Below, one piece after another: positions 1 to 12,335 of a stretch of DNA of 64,000 bases. The notes under the pieces were generated by a model. The model had not been told where the DNA came from, ran no database searches, and saw only the letters and a program-made list of their open reading frames with translations. The DNA comes from Sminthopsis crassicaudata (taxonomy: Eukaryota), in assembly GCF_048593235.1 (NCBI RefSeq), contig NC_133619.1, positions 642,608,558 through 642,672,557 on the forward strand, given 5' to 3'. The stretch's first letter is position 1. Every line of letters starts with the position of its first letter. The position numbers and the translations under genes are program-made.

Positions 1-169
1 GTGGTATACAAAACAACCTCCTCCCCTAAAAAAGTATTTATTGTAGTGCTAGAAAAAAAATAACACATTTCATCTGAAAGGAAAAAATGGTCAAGAATAT
101 CAAGGGAACTAAGGGGGGGGGAGAATATGAAAGAAGGTAGTCTAGTATTAAATCTCAATTATACTACAA

Positions 170-861
170 AGTATAATCTCCTGCTGGCTAAGAAATAGGT
201 GAATTAGTTGAATAGATTAGGTACACAAGATAGTAGTAAAAAACCATAATAATCTAGTATTTGACAAACACAAAGATTCAATAAAGGACAAGAACTCACT
301 ATTTGACAAAATAACTTGGAAAACTGGAAAGAAGTTTGGCAGAAACTAAATATGGATTATATTTTACAAATGAGGTGCAAAGGAAAAATAGAAACAGAAG
401 CATTAGAGGGAGGAGGAGGATTTATAGGTCCGAAAATCTACTCACATCAGGAATGGGTCAAATAGGCAACACTACATATACACTATAAAGGGTATAGCAC
501 CCTCCAAAATCTATAAAGGAATAAAGGGGAAGTATGGGCAGAGGAGGGAAATCAAAGGGTGGAGGAAGAAGACAAGGGAGAGATCCATGGATGAGGGGAG
601 TTTAAGTAATAGCAAGGCAAGTTAAGCAGAATTAATGTAGAAGAGTTAGCAAGGATAGGAAAGAAGAGATAAGTCAAACTTAAAGATTCCATCAAGAGAG
701 AAATCTACATTATGTGCCTTCTAGATGCATGTTTATATGTGGGTAAATGCATGTCTATATATGTGTATCTGAATATATGTAGCTATATATTCATGTTACT
801 CTGTGTTTGTGTGTATATAGATATATGTGAGTGGGTCTGTGGGTGGTTGTGAATGTGTATG

Positions 862-939
<78 letters not shown>

Positions 940-1290
940 TACATATTGTGTGGATTGGGTATGTAGGTGTGTGGATATGAGTGTGTATACGTGTGTATAT
1001 CACATATCTTTCTCTTTCTCTCTCTCTGCATATATCTATCTCTATCTCTATCTCTATCTCTATCTCTATCTCTATCTGTGCTTAACTACTGCCTGCTTGG
1101 GGGATGTGAGAGGGATGAAAGGGGGGGGAAAGAATAAATTTTTAAAAAGTACACAGCAGAGAACAAAAGAATAACCAAGTTAGCAAAGAAAAGATGGACA
1201 CTCGAATATAATTTCTTCTATTATTATATATCCTTTCTTGAACTGGTACTTTATTGTTATACATTTTGAATCCTCCTTGATGTTCTGTTG
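170..1290 (+). mobile_element. Decayed LINE-1 3' remnant (end of ORF2 and 3'UTR) containing microsatellites
   Basis: AT-rich. 260-350 (TTTGACAAA...CTATTTGACAAAA...TGGAAAACTGGAAAGAAGTTTGGCAGAAACTA) resembles L1 ORF2 C-terminal DNA. A-rich L1 3'UTR-like sequence follows. Confidence 0.6.
868..930. repeat. (TA)n microsatellite, about 31 units; a (CTATCT)n run lies at about 1035-1077
   Basis: Read directly from the sequence. Confidence 0.98.
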
Positions 1291-1364
1291 GGCACATGAC
1301 AATGTTCTGTTTTGTTTTATTTTCCTTTTCTGTTTTTTTCTTTTCTATTCTAAGTAATAATTTT

Positions 1365-1760
1365 AAAAACTATGCATTCATTCCCTTTGACCCAGCAATT
1401 CCATTAGGTCTGTATTCTAAAGAGATTTTTAAAGAGAAAATTAACTGTATGTACAAAACTATTTTTAGAAGCTCTTTTTGTGGTGACAGAGTATTGGAAA
1501 TGAGGGGACACCCATTAACTGGGGAATAGCTGAACAAGCAGTGATATATGGTTGTGATAAAATACTATCTATTGTGCTTAAGAAATAAAGAAGGGGTCAG
1601 AGAAATATGGGAAGACTTATATGAACTGACACAGAGGGAAGTGAGTAGAAGCTGGAGAATGCTTTATACAACAATATTATAAAGATAAACAAATTGAAAG
1701 ACTTGGGAACTCCACCATTGCAGAGGAATCATGATGAAGCATTTCCTGATTTCAGGGTGG
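1365..1760 (+). mobile_element. LINE-1 ORF2 C-terminal fragment
   Basis: Translates to PFDPAIPLGLYSKEI...IFRSSFCGDRVLEMRGHP, a decayed version of the L1 ORF2 'PYDPAIPLLGIYPKE' motif. Confidence 0.75.
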
Positions 1761-1774
1761 GCAAAGAGTGGCCG

Positions 1775-2243
1775 TGAATGGTGCTTTCTTATTGGTTTAT
1801 CTCTTTAAGATTTACAGAACACCTAGGAGAGACCCCCAGACAGAGGCAGCCCTATGGGTTGGAGCTCAGGATCTGGGAAAGGAAATGTGGGAATTAACAA
1901 GACTGAAAGGCTCTCACTGGATGGTGGATGGCTTTGAATGCCTGTGGATTAAAGTTTCTTAGGAAGACTGGGGTACCACCAAAAGATTTGAGGAGGGGAG
2001 AGACCCAATTAGAGGGGGCAGGGGGACAGCACCTGAGGGTGTATATGAAGGATGGACTGGTGAGAGAGGCTGGAGGCTGGCTGACCATTTAATAGTCTTG
2101 GTTAATGATCCCAGGATTGGGAGCTCCCCACAATCCTGGAATACTCTGGCATTCCCTGGGCTCTTTCCCTTCTCCCTTCAGCCCCTCGGGTCCAACTGGG
2201 TTCTGTCAGTCTTAATGAGGCCTTGGGGACAGAGACCCTAACA
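1775..2243 (-). mobile_element. Putative solo LTR (about 470 bp)
   Basis: The minus strand starts TGTTAGGG and ends ...CCATTCA. It has an internal CATATAC TATA-like box and an ATAAACCAATAAG polyA-like signal near the 3' end. No clear TSD was found. Confidence 0.5.
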
Positions 2244-2531
2244 AGGCTCACGGGGGCTCATTAGTGGATCCAATTGTGCCCAGAGATCCAGGGAATTGAG
2301 GCTGGAAAATTCCCTCTCTGCCTGCCTGTCTGCTCCCCTCCTGAGTCCCCCCTGAGTCCCTAAGCCCATCAACTTCCCCAGGGGACTATGAGTTAGGTTG
2401 GGGTAGGGAGAGCATGAAGGGTCGCTCTTATAGAGGCTCAGTCCGGAGCTGACGTTCCCCACCCATTGAGGGCAGGGCCTGAGCGAGCCAGGCCAGAGGT
2501 GGCCAAAGCTGAAGGTGGAGGAAGGAGAGAG
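2205..2531 (+). promoter_or_regulatory. Candidate olfactory-receptor promoter and non-coding first exon
   Basis: Homeodomain TAATGA sites at 2213-2218 (+) and 2258-2263 (-). O/E(EBF)-type site TCCCCAGGGGA at 2375-2385. TTATAG at about 2427. Splice donor AG|GTAAGA after 2531. A second O/E-like TCCCCTGGGA lies near 4155 and a strong donor AAG|GTGAGT after 4449. Confidence 0.4.
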
Positions 2532-5500
2532 GTAAGAACGGAGATCAGAGCCGGTGGGAGCAGGGGGCTAAAGGCCGGACTTGGAGCCGGTGCCCTCTGC
2601 AGAGACCTCAGCGGCCATGAGCACTGGAGGGTTCACGTAAGTGTCAGCTCTGGGCAAATCTGCCCCTGCCCAGGCACAGCTGGGCAGGCAAGGGGTGCCA
2701 AGAGGGAGCTTGTGGATGGGGCTCCCTGTCCCTCCCACTTCCTCTGCCTGTGCCCGCCTGGGCTCCTGGTCACCTCTGACCGTCTCCTCCATTTTCTGTC
2801 TTTCATCCTCTCTTTTTCTCATTTCTGTGTCCCTGTCTCATCCATTGGTCTTTGTCACTCTGCCTCCATGAGAGTCTGTTGGTCTCTCTCTCTCTCTCTC
2901 TTCCTCCTTCCCGGCTGTTACTATCTCGCTGTTTGTTGTTTCCTATGTAACATTTGCCATAGGCCAGCCTGGCACTACCGAGCAAGAACAACCCCCAGAG
3001 AAAGGGGGCACTAGTTACCTGCGATGCCAAGTTCAGAATCTGGCCCATTGCTTAGCTCATCCCCCTGCCCTGGGGCCTTCAAAGCAGCCCCAGCTAAGCC
3101 CAGTCACTGGGGCTCACAAAGGGCCAAATGTCAGGAGAGCAGGGGTCAAGCCCGTGCCCCCATGATGCTCTGAAGCAAATGCTTCTCTGGGCCTCAGTTT
3201 CTCCATCCATAACAAGAGAGGAGGTTGTGCCTGAAGGTCCTTTCCAGGACTTATCTTTTACCCAAGGTTCCCTCCACACCACCTGGGAGGGGGCCTAGAA
3301 AAGTGGGCTGAGAAGCCTTCAGAGAAGACACAGACGGGCACTGGTGGTGCTCGCCCACTGAGACAACTAGGAGCCAGCTTGACTGTCATGACATGACTCC
3401 TGACAGATCCAAATGTCTTCCAAAACCATCTCGGGAAGAGAGGAGAAAATAAAATGTCCCATTGCTGCCTAGGACCATGTGCAAAGGCTGACAGGTCGCT
3501 ACTGACCGCAGTGAAATAAGCCCCCTGAGCTGAGAGAAGGGGGTGCTCAGCATTTGCATCTCACTGAGCACTGTATAGGGCCTGCACTAACCCCTCAGGC
3601 CAGTCTGTGGTTTTTATTAAATTTATTAAAGCATGCCGTCAGAGAACCAGAAGTGGCCTCCATGGCCTCGGGTCTGAGTGTCCTCCCACGTGCCCCTGCT
3701 CTGAGACCTCCCAGGAGGAAGAGCCCACCTTTTTCGCCTCTTTGGAGGTCTTGTGGTGAAGGTGCGAATCTAACCCTAACCCTCCTTTCAGGTGTTTGCA
3801 GACCCCGGCCCCTCTCCTCCCCCATTGTTCCTGACCCTTCAGATCCCTGAACAGACCAATCAGGTTTTCAGGACACCCCCCCCCCCAGTCGTTTTACCCT
3901 GGCCTAAGCATGCTTGGTTAAGGCTCATAGGTCAGAGACCTGGTGGGGAAAGGGAACCAAGTGAAAGGTTTTGTAGAATAGTTTGGCCCCTTGAAATTTA
4001 GTCCTTCATGGCTGGATGTCCGTTTAGCTCAATTTGTATCCAAAAGAAATCCCTGCCACTTCCCGAGGTAGCCTGGGACACTTTTAGACAGTTTGTTACA
4101 TGGTGTCCCTTTGCAGCTTCTACCCATGAATCCAATGGGTCGATCAAAATATGATCCCCTGGGACCAAAGCCGAAGAGGTCTCCAGTGGAGTGACCGGGG
4201 ATCTGTGTCTGTTCATGCTTTTTCCGGTCCACCATTTTGTCCAGTCCTGAATAAAGGCAGAGATGACTCTGCCTCCACTCTCAAGGGGACAAGTGGAGGG
4301 ACGACAGACACATAGAGGGTGAGCATCAGAGTGGACAAAGACCTGGGCAGGCTAGAACACTGAGCAAGACCCCCCCCCCCAATGACTCGGACTCAGAGGA
4401 AATGTCCGCAACTGGGCTGGGGTTGGCAGAGCAGTCTGTGGGGAGAAAGGTGAGTCGGAGCATCAGTCTGCAAGCATCCATTAAGCGCCTACTGCACGCT
4501 GAATTGTGCTAAGGCTATGAAGAAAGACAAAATGCCTTCAAGAATTCATAGCCTGAAGGTGGAGAAAAATTACTTATGGAAAAGTTGTAGATGCAGAGAA
4601 CTGGACATAATGTCAGAGAGGGCGTCACAATGGAGGCGGATGGAGAAAGTCTTCCAGCTGGAGTCTTAGTTGGGAATTAAAGGAAGCCAGGGAACTGACC
4701 AGGAAGCCAAGGTGAGGAGGGAGAGCATTCCAGGCCTGGCAGACAGCCGCCGAAAACCCCCGGAGTGGAAGGATAGAGCGTCGTCTGCTTCCGGGAACAG
4801 CCGGGAGACCACGGTCATGGGACGGAGGGTTATGGGAGGAGGGGGGGAGAGTGAGGAGCCAGGAGGCTGGCTTTGCTCCTGGAGGCAAGGGGGAGCCGGT
4901 GGAGCCCAGTGAGTAGGAAGTGACACGTTGGACCTGAGCTTTGGGCTGAAGGAAGGATGGGGTGGATGGGGCTTGCCACAGTCCAGACATGAGGCGCCAG
5001 GGGCAGCGTCAGAGCAGGTAAGGGGGCTCCTGTTGGGGAGATGATAGGGACAGGCCTTGGCACCCCAGCAGAAGCAGAGGAGAGACGTTGAGGGTCCGGG
5101 CGCGGTCCTGGCTTGAGGGGTGGGAGGCAGGCGGGGTTGGGGGGGGCTGAATAAGCATTTACATGGTTCCCACTGGGTGCCAGTCTCCGGAGCCGGTGCT
5201 TTCCACGGCTATCGCCACACTGGGTCTTCAGCACGAGGCTGGGAAGGAGGCGCTCTCCCCGTTCCTGAACCCCGAGCTGTTCATTGGGCCACGGTCTCCG
5301 GTCCGAGGCTGCATCAGCCCAGTGCCCGGCGCCCAGTGGGAGCTTAAGCTTCCTTCCCCCACAGTCTGGGACAGGTGCTGGGGAGGGATTGCTACTCCTC
5401 CCCCCCCCCGGGGGTCGCTCCCGTGTGGCAGTGGGGGAGCTCTAAGGAGCGGCCCCACTCCCCCGCCTCCACCCGTGAGGGACTCTCCGGGGAAGGAGTG

Positions 5501-5973
5501 ACCGGAGGCGCTAAGCTCCCGCCCCGGGGGAGGGGGGAGACGATGGGAATGGGGGCTCCGGCAGCCGCCGGGAGAACCCCCCAAGGGTGCGGTGAGCTCC
5601 CCGTCCTGGGAGGCTCGCGACAGAGCCTGCGGGGCTGCCCACTGGGGGCAACGTCGCAGGGAACCCGGGGGCGGCTGCGGCCCCCGCGGCACGGGCTTGG
5701 GGCTCGGCGGGCTGCCCCTTCGCACCCAGCCAGGCTGCTCGCTCGCCGAGCTCCGAGCCGGCTCCCTGGGCGGCTGAGCGAGGTCGGGGCCCTGGCCAGA
5801 CCTGTTTGGCTTGTGTAGGTGGGGGGAGGGAGGCTCCAGCAGGAGGTCAGGGATCTCTAAGCCCCCCCGCTTGGGACTCCGAAGTGCCGGTGTGTGGTCG
5901 GTCCGGGGCCGGACCCCGTCCCCGCCAGCGCGCGCCCCAGCCCTCGTATCCGTTCCTCCCCAGGGCCCCCGCC

Positions 5974-6954
5974 ATGAGCCTGCGACCGGAGGCCAACTGG
6001 ACGGGCCGGCTGCCGCGCGAGTTCGTGATCCTGGGCTTCTCGGGCTGGCCGCGGGGGCTGCGGGCCCTGCTCTTCGCGCTGGGGCTGCCCCTGTACGCCG
6101 CCACGCTGGCCGGCAACCTGCTGATCGTGGCGCTGGCGGCGGCCGACCGCGCGCTGCGCACGCCCATGTACTTCTTCCTGGGCTCGCTGTCCGCCGTGGA
6201 GGTGGCCTACACCCTGGTGCTGACGCCGCGCACGCTGGCCGGCTTCCTGCTGCCCCCCGGGGGCCACGCGGTGCCGGCCGCCGCCTGCGCCGCCCAGATG
6301 GGCCTCTTCGTGGCCCTGGGCGGCGCCGAGTGCCTGCTGCTGGCCGCCATGGCCCTGGACCGCTACCTGGCCATCTGCCGCCCGCTGCGCTACCCGCAGC
6401 TCGTGACGCCCGCCCTGTGCTGGCGCCTGCTGGCGGCGTGCTGCGCCGGCGGAGCCGCGCTGGCCCTGGCGCTGACCGTGGCCATCTTCCAGCTGCCCTT
6501 CTGCCGCGGCCACCTGGTCAACCACGTCTTCTGCGACCTGCCCGCGCTGCTGGAGCTGGCCTGCGGGGACAAGGCGCTGCAGGAGCGCGCGCTGCTGGCC
6601 GCCTGCCTCCTGCTGCTGGTGCTGCCCCTGGCCCTCATCCTGCTGTCCTACGCGCGCGTGCTGGCCACCATCCTGGGCGCGGGGGCCGCGGCCGAGGGCC
6701 GCCGCAAGGCGCTGGGCACCGTGGCCTCGCACCTCACCGTGGCCGTGCTGCATTACGGCTGCGCCACGGCCATGTACGCGCGGCCCCTGGAGGGCCGCTC
6801 GCTGGAGCAGGACAAGCTGGTGTCCCTGGTTTACATCTACCTCACCCCCCTCCTCTACCCGGCCATCTACACCCTGCGCAACCGGGACATGCAGGGGGCC
6901 CTGCGCCGGGCGCTGGCCGCCCCCCGCACGGCCGGCCTGAGCTCCCGGGGCTGA
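5974..6954 (+). CDS. Olfactory receptor, family 10 (OR10AC1-like), 326 aa, intact single coding exon
   Basis: Kozak GCCATG preceded by an acceptor (TTCCTCCCCAG, 5963). OR motifs: N-glycosylation site NWT, LRTPMYFFL, MALDRYLAICRPLRY, HVFCDLPALLELAC, KALGTVASHL, PAIYTLRN. The segments QMGLFVALGGAECLLLAAM and LHYGCATAMYARP resemble the recalled OR10AC1 sequence. Confidence 0.95.
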   Translation: MSLRPEANWTGRLPREFVILGFSGWPRGLRALLFALGLPLYAATLAGNLLIVALAAADRALRTPMYFFLGSLSAVEVAYTLVLTPRTLAGFLLPPGGHAVPAAACAAQMGLFVALGGAECLLLAAMALDRYLAICRPLRYPQLVTPALCWRLLAACCAGGAALALALTVAIFQLPFCRGHLVNHVFCDLPALLELACGDKALQERALLAACLLLLVLPLALILLSYARVLATILGAGAAAEGRRKALGTVASHLTVAVLHYGCATAMYARPLEGRSLEQDKLVSLVYIYLTPLLYPAIYTLRNRDMQGALRRALAAPRTAGLSSRG

Positions 6955-7863
6955 GGGGGGCGGGGGGCAGGGGAAAGGCTCTAACGGAAGCCCCTGTCCG
7001 GAGGGGATGGAAGGCGCTGGCAGCAACGCCAGAGGAAGGCTCCGACCCCACCAGCAGGCGGGCGGCCATCCAGACCCATTTATTACGCTTCTACTACGTG
7101 CCAGAAACCGTGTTAAGTGCTGGGAGTGCAATGCACGGGGAAAGTCGGGCCCCGCTTCCGAGGAGCTCCCGCCAAAATGGAGAGCGGAGGCGCGGGAGGG
7201 GAGGGAGGAAAGGAACCGGCATTTATTAAGCACCTCCCGGGGGCCGGACGCCGCGGACGCGTCAAAGAGCGCCCTGTCTAACGCGAGACACTAACCCTGT
7301 GGACGGGGGAGAGCGGATCGTGGGGAGAGCGAAGATTCAGGCGGATCACACGCTGTGGCAGAGGAGGGGCAGAGCTTTCCGGCGGAGGGGACGGCCAGAG
7401 GACGCGTCGAGTGCTCGAGTGACGTGAGCAAGGAGGCCAAGTGTCCCTGGAGCAAGGGGACATTGGGACTTTGACAGCCGATCGAGGCTGGAAAAAGGTA
7501 GAGGAAAGAAGGCAGCTAAGAAGGACTACCGAGGATTCTCTGGTCCTGGAGGGGTGGGAAAGCCCCCGGAAACTAAGAGGAAGGAAGGTGGAGGTCACTT
7601 TAAGAGCTGAATGTAGGGTGGACTGGAGGGGAGAGAGCTTATGGCCAGAAGCTCACCACCAATTAGTCCAAGGCATGTATCTCCCTTTCTCCCCAGGAGC
7701 ATGGACTGCACCGGGAGAACACTGGGCTTCCCTAACTCCCGGCTGGAGGAGCTGCTCCTGAGACACCTTCTCTTTGGAAACACACTCAAGGCATCTCCTA
7801 GCCTGGTCTAATTCACATTTTAGACACTGAGACCATACCAAGAATTTAGGCTTGCCTCAATAG

Positions 7864-7895
<32 letters not shown>
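7864..7895 (+). repeat. Poly-A tract (32 A)
   Basis: Read directly from the sequence. Confidence 0.95.
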
Positions 7896-7898
<3 letters not shown>

Positions 7899-10275
7899 GT
7901 TATCATAATTGATTACATGAATTAGAAGTGTTTAAAATCATGTGATTATATCAATAGAGACAGAAAAGGCACTTGACAAAATACAACTCCCATCTCTATT
8001 TTTAAAATTTTGAAAGAAAAGGAATAAATGGATTTTTCCTTAAAAATGATAAGAAGCATCTTCCTAAAGCCACCAGCAAGTATTATTTGTAATGGGAATA
8101 AGCTAGAAGACTTACAATAATATTAGGAGTCAAACAAGGACGACCATTATCACCAATATTACTCAATATTGTAATAGAAATGCTAACAATAGCAGTAAGT
8201 GAAGAAAAAGAAATGGAGGGAATCAGATTGGGCAATGAGGCAATACAACTGGCTCCTTTTGCAGATGATATATGGTATACTTGGAAAACCCTAGAGATTC
8301 AACTTTAAAAAGAGTAGAAATAACTAATAATTTTAGCAAAATAGTAGGAAAAAAATGATCCACCTAAAACATTAACATTTTTATATAACACTAACAATGC
8401 CCTGCAGGGAGAGATAGGAAGTCACATTTCATTTAAAACAACCACAGACAATATAAAACACTTAAAAGTGTGCCTGCCAAGCCAAAACCTAAATGAACAT
8501 AATTATGAAATACTTTTTATATGAAATCATATTTAAATAATTGAGTAAGCAGAGTCAATGTAATAAAAATGACAGTTCTACCTGATCTACTTATCTAGTG
8601 CCATCCCAGTTAAACTACTAAAAATTATTTTATTGAGCTATAAAAATAACATTCATTTGGAAGAACCAAAAATCAAGAATAACAAAGGAATTAATAAAAA
8701 TGTAAATGAAGGATGTTCAGCATTACCAGATCTTAAACTGTATTATAAGGCAGTTATTGTCAGAACTATGTGGGACTGGTTAAGAAAGAATAATGGAATA
8801 AGAGGAATAGGATAGGTAGACAACACACAGTAGGAAATGATTATAGTAATCATATACTTGATAAATGTAAAGATTTAAGATTTGGGGATGACAATGTTAG
8901 GAAAACTAGAAAGCCATCTGACAGAAATTAGGTATAGACTAATATCTTACACCATTTACCAAGGGAATATTAAAATGGATGCATGATTTAGACATATAGA
9001 AAAACAGCATAAGTACATTTAGAGAAGCACATTACCTATTAGATTTATAGATAAGAAAACAATTGATCAATAAATGTGAAATAGAGACCATAGAAGGATA
9101 TAAAGTGGATAATTTTGCTTACTTTAGATTAAAAAGATGAAAAATTATTGCCTAAATAAAATCAACGTAGCCAAAATTAGAAGGAAAGCAGAAAATTAGG
9201 GGAGGGGAATTATAGAACAATTCTCTGATAAAGGCACATCTCAAACTTATAAACTAGTCAAATTTATAAAAATATGAATCATCCCCTATTTTATAAGTGG
9301 TCACAGGATAGGAACAGACAGTTTTTGGAAGAAAAAAACCAAAACTATATATAGCCATATTAAAAATACTCTAATGATTGGAGAAATGCAAATTAAAACA
9401 ACTTCTCACACCTATCTGGATGGCTAACAGGATAGAAGGGGAAAATCACAAATGTTGGAGGGGATATGGAAAAATGGGCATACTATTACACTTTGTGGAA
9501 CTGTGAAATTATCCCACCATATTAGAAAAAATCTAGAATTATGCCCAGGGTTCCTAAACTGTGTGTACATTCTTTTTGATCCATTTCCCAAGGTGATCTG
9601 GGGGGTGGGGGAAGGTAATATTCTAAAACATATATGGCAGCTCTCTTTGTGGAGACAAAGAGCTGGAAATTGCGGGAATAGCCATAAACTGGGGAGTGCC
9701 AATGTGCGCTGTGATCAAGGACTGTGATGAAATGCTACTGTCATAAGAAATGATGGAGTGAGTGATTTTAGAAAAACATGGAAGGAGTCGCATGAAATAA
9801 TTCCCAGAAGGCTATTGACAATAAGAGCAACGCTGTTTGAAGAGTAGCTAAAAACCCAATCTGAGCTCAAATCTACTACAAGGGAGGAAGATGCCGCCCA
9901 CCAGTAGAGAAAGAGCTGATCTGTAGGTGCATNNNNNNNNNNNNNNNNNNNNNNNNNNNNNNNNNNNNNNNNNNNNNNNNNNNNNNNNNNNNNNNNNNNN
10001 NNNNNNNNNNNNNNNNNNNNNNNNNNNNNNNNNNNNNNNNNNNNNNNNNNNNNNNNNNNNNNNNNNNNNNNNNNNNNNNNNNNNNNNNNNNNNNNNNNNN
10101 NNNNNNNNNNNNNNNNNNNNNNNNNNNNNNNNNNNNNNNNNNNNNNNNNNNNNNNNNNNNNNTACTAAGCTCAAAGGGGGGATGGGAAGGAGGGTGACAA
10201 CTCAGAACTCAAAATGTAACATAAAATAAATATTAAAAAAACAAAACAAACAAACAAACAAACAAAAAAAAACCC
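7896..10275 (+). mobile_element. Old 5'-truncated LINE-1 (RT region through 3' end), interrupted by the assembly gap
   Basis: Decayed RT motifs: IISIxxEKAxDKIQ (about 7945-7985), GVKQGxPLSP (about 8125-8155), LFADD..YLENP (about 8255-8292). An A-rich tail lies at 10220-10272. Many stops and frameshifts. Confidence 0.9.
9933..10162. other. Assembly gap (230 N)
   Basis: Run of N. Confidence 1.
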
Positions 10276-11184
10276 CAAGCTCAATGTGGAGAGCAGTGAT
10301 CTGGCAGGAGTCTGTCTGCAGAAAGCTCTGAAGACAAGGAGAGGTCCTGTGCGCTCTGGAGTGGAAGGAGATGAGATCCCTCCGGTTCTGTCATCCTCAG
10401 ACCTTATCCACGGGTGCCACATTTCAGAAGGAATATCAAAGAGTTAGAAAAAGACACCCTGGAGGGTAAAGGGACATCATCAGTGAAGCTACTTGGCAGA
10501 CTCAACCTGGGGAAGAGAACTGGGGGCTAGGGCAAGGGAGGATGCTAAGTAAGTAGCTCTGGAGAGCAGAACCAGGAGCAGCAAGGGGAGGAAGCTTTAC
10601 AAGACCTTTCCAGCTGCCCCAGCATGGGATAAGGCTGTGTGGGGAAGAGAGGTTGTCCATAGGGATTATCCAGGAGAGATCAGAGGACCACCATGTGGCT
10701 CACAGAGGGAGACCCTTCTGGAGTCGGTTACACTGGATGGCCCCCAAGACTTCATTCATTCATCATCCAGCCTGAAACTGCAGGACAGCTTCCTGGAGGA
10801 CCTTTGGCTGGCAGGTGCAGCAGAGGGCACATGTGAGTGTAAACCACACACCTCCTGGCTGCGGGTAATATCTGACCCTTAGTTTCTTCACTTGGAAGAT
10901 GAGGGGGTTGCACCTACTGGCCTAGGCAAGTTCCTGCCTCCCTAAGCTCCTACAGCTCTGGGTTTTTAGAATTCCGCATGAGTCGTGTGAGCAACCATGT
11001 AATGTGAGTCGGATTTGGGTTGGAACCTGGGGCTTTCTGATTCCTTTTCTGTAAATTGAGCATGGTGCCTGACATAGACCTCCGAGCTCCCTCCCACTTG
11101 GGTCAATCTGAATTTGAAATGACAAGGCCCAAGCTGGTTCACCATGCTCCCCAAATCACCCTGTAATCCTCACCCTACCCCTAC

Positions 11185-11243
11185 CCCTAAATGTCTCCCT
11201 AACTCTAACCCTAATCCTAACCCTAACCACCCTAACCCTAAAT
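11185..11243. repeat. Short degenerate telomere-like (CCCTAA)n tract
   Basis: CCCTAAATGTCTCCCTAACTCTAACCCTAATCCTAACCCTAACCACCCTAACCCTAAA. Confidence 0.7.
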
Positions 11244-11474
11244 ATAACTAGCACTATCCATCATTGATCCAGCTTCCTGTTAGCGGCCCCTCCCCCACTG
11301 CAGTCCCTCCTTCAGCCCCGAGTCTGCTCCGGGGAAAGCTCTGAGCTTCCAAGAGGAAGTCAGCTCTCCATTCCCCCCTCCCCTCCCCCGCCCGTTACCC
11401 ACAGGGAGCAGCCTTCCAGCCCCGCCTGAGCTGGCCGGGGCACACAGACCAGGTCAGACGGGTCTCACAGATGC

Positions 11475-12335
11475 CTACTCACACTCACACACTCACATTC
11501 ACACACATGCTCTCACATTCTCTCACACACACACACTCTCTCCTACACTCAGACACACACATACTCAAACTCAAGATACACTCTCATACACATACACACT
11601 TTCTCACACACACTCACATTCACACACACCCTCACACTTACACTCACAGTCACACACACTCACACCCTCCCAACACACTTACACACTTTCTCACACTCAC
11701 ATTCACATACACACATTTACACCCTCTCACACACACTTACTTTCTCACACTCAACTCACACACATTCCCTCGAACACACTCACACACACATTTACACACA
11801 CACACACTTATACTCTCACACATATTCACTTACACACACTCACATTTACACACTTATACTATCTTATACACTTTCTCACACACCCTCACACACTCACACA
11901 CTTCCTCACACTCACTTTCACACACATTCACATACACGCATTTACACCCTCTCACACACTCACACTTTCTCACACACTTACATTTACACACACACTTATA
12001 CTCACACACACACATTCCCTCGCACACACTCTCACATACTCACATTTACACACACATACTCTCACACACACGTTCACTCACACACTCACATTTACACACA
12101 CTCACACACACACTTCCTCACACTCACTCTCACACACACATTCACATACACGCATTTACACCCTCTCACACTCACACTTACTCTCATACTCTCACACACT
12201 CACATTTACACACACACTTATACTCTCACACACTTTCTCACACACACATTCCCTCGCACACACTCTTACACACTCACACTTATACTCGCTCTCTCACACA
12301 CTTTCTCACACTCACACCCACCCACCCACACCCAC
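11475..12335. repeat. Complex (CA)/(CT)-rich low-complexity repeat with internal duplications
   Basis: ACAC/CTCA-rich throughout. The block CACATTCCCTCG(A/C)ACACACTC recurs near 11762, 12012 and 12246. Confidence 0.95.

Noticed and set aside
2238-2462. MGNVSS... ORF with a myristoylation-like start next to the LTR
   Set aside because: Short, with no gag or env motifs and no polypurine tract before the LTR.
5811-7233. Long alternative-frame and antisense ORFs over the OR (472 aa, 458 aa)
   Set aside because: Shadow ORFs expected from extreme GC content. No domain signal.
7864-7895. Poly-A as the tail of a processed pseudogene or retrocopy
   Set aside because: No recognisable parent mRNA, AATAAA or TSD upstream. 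More likely an A-rich tract associated with the adjacent L1.
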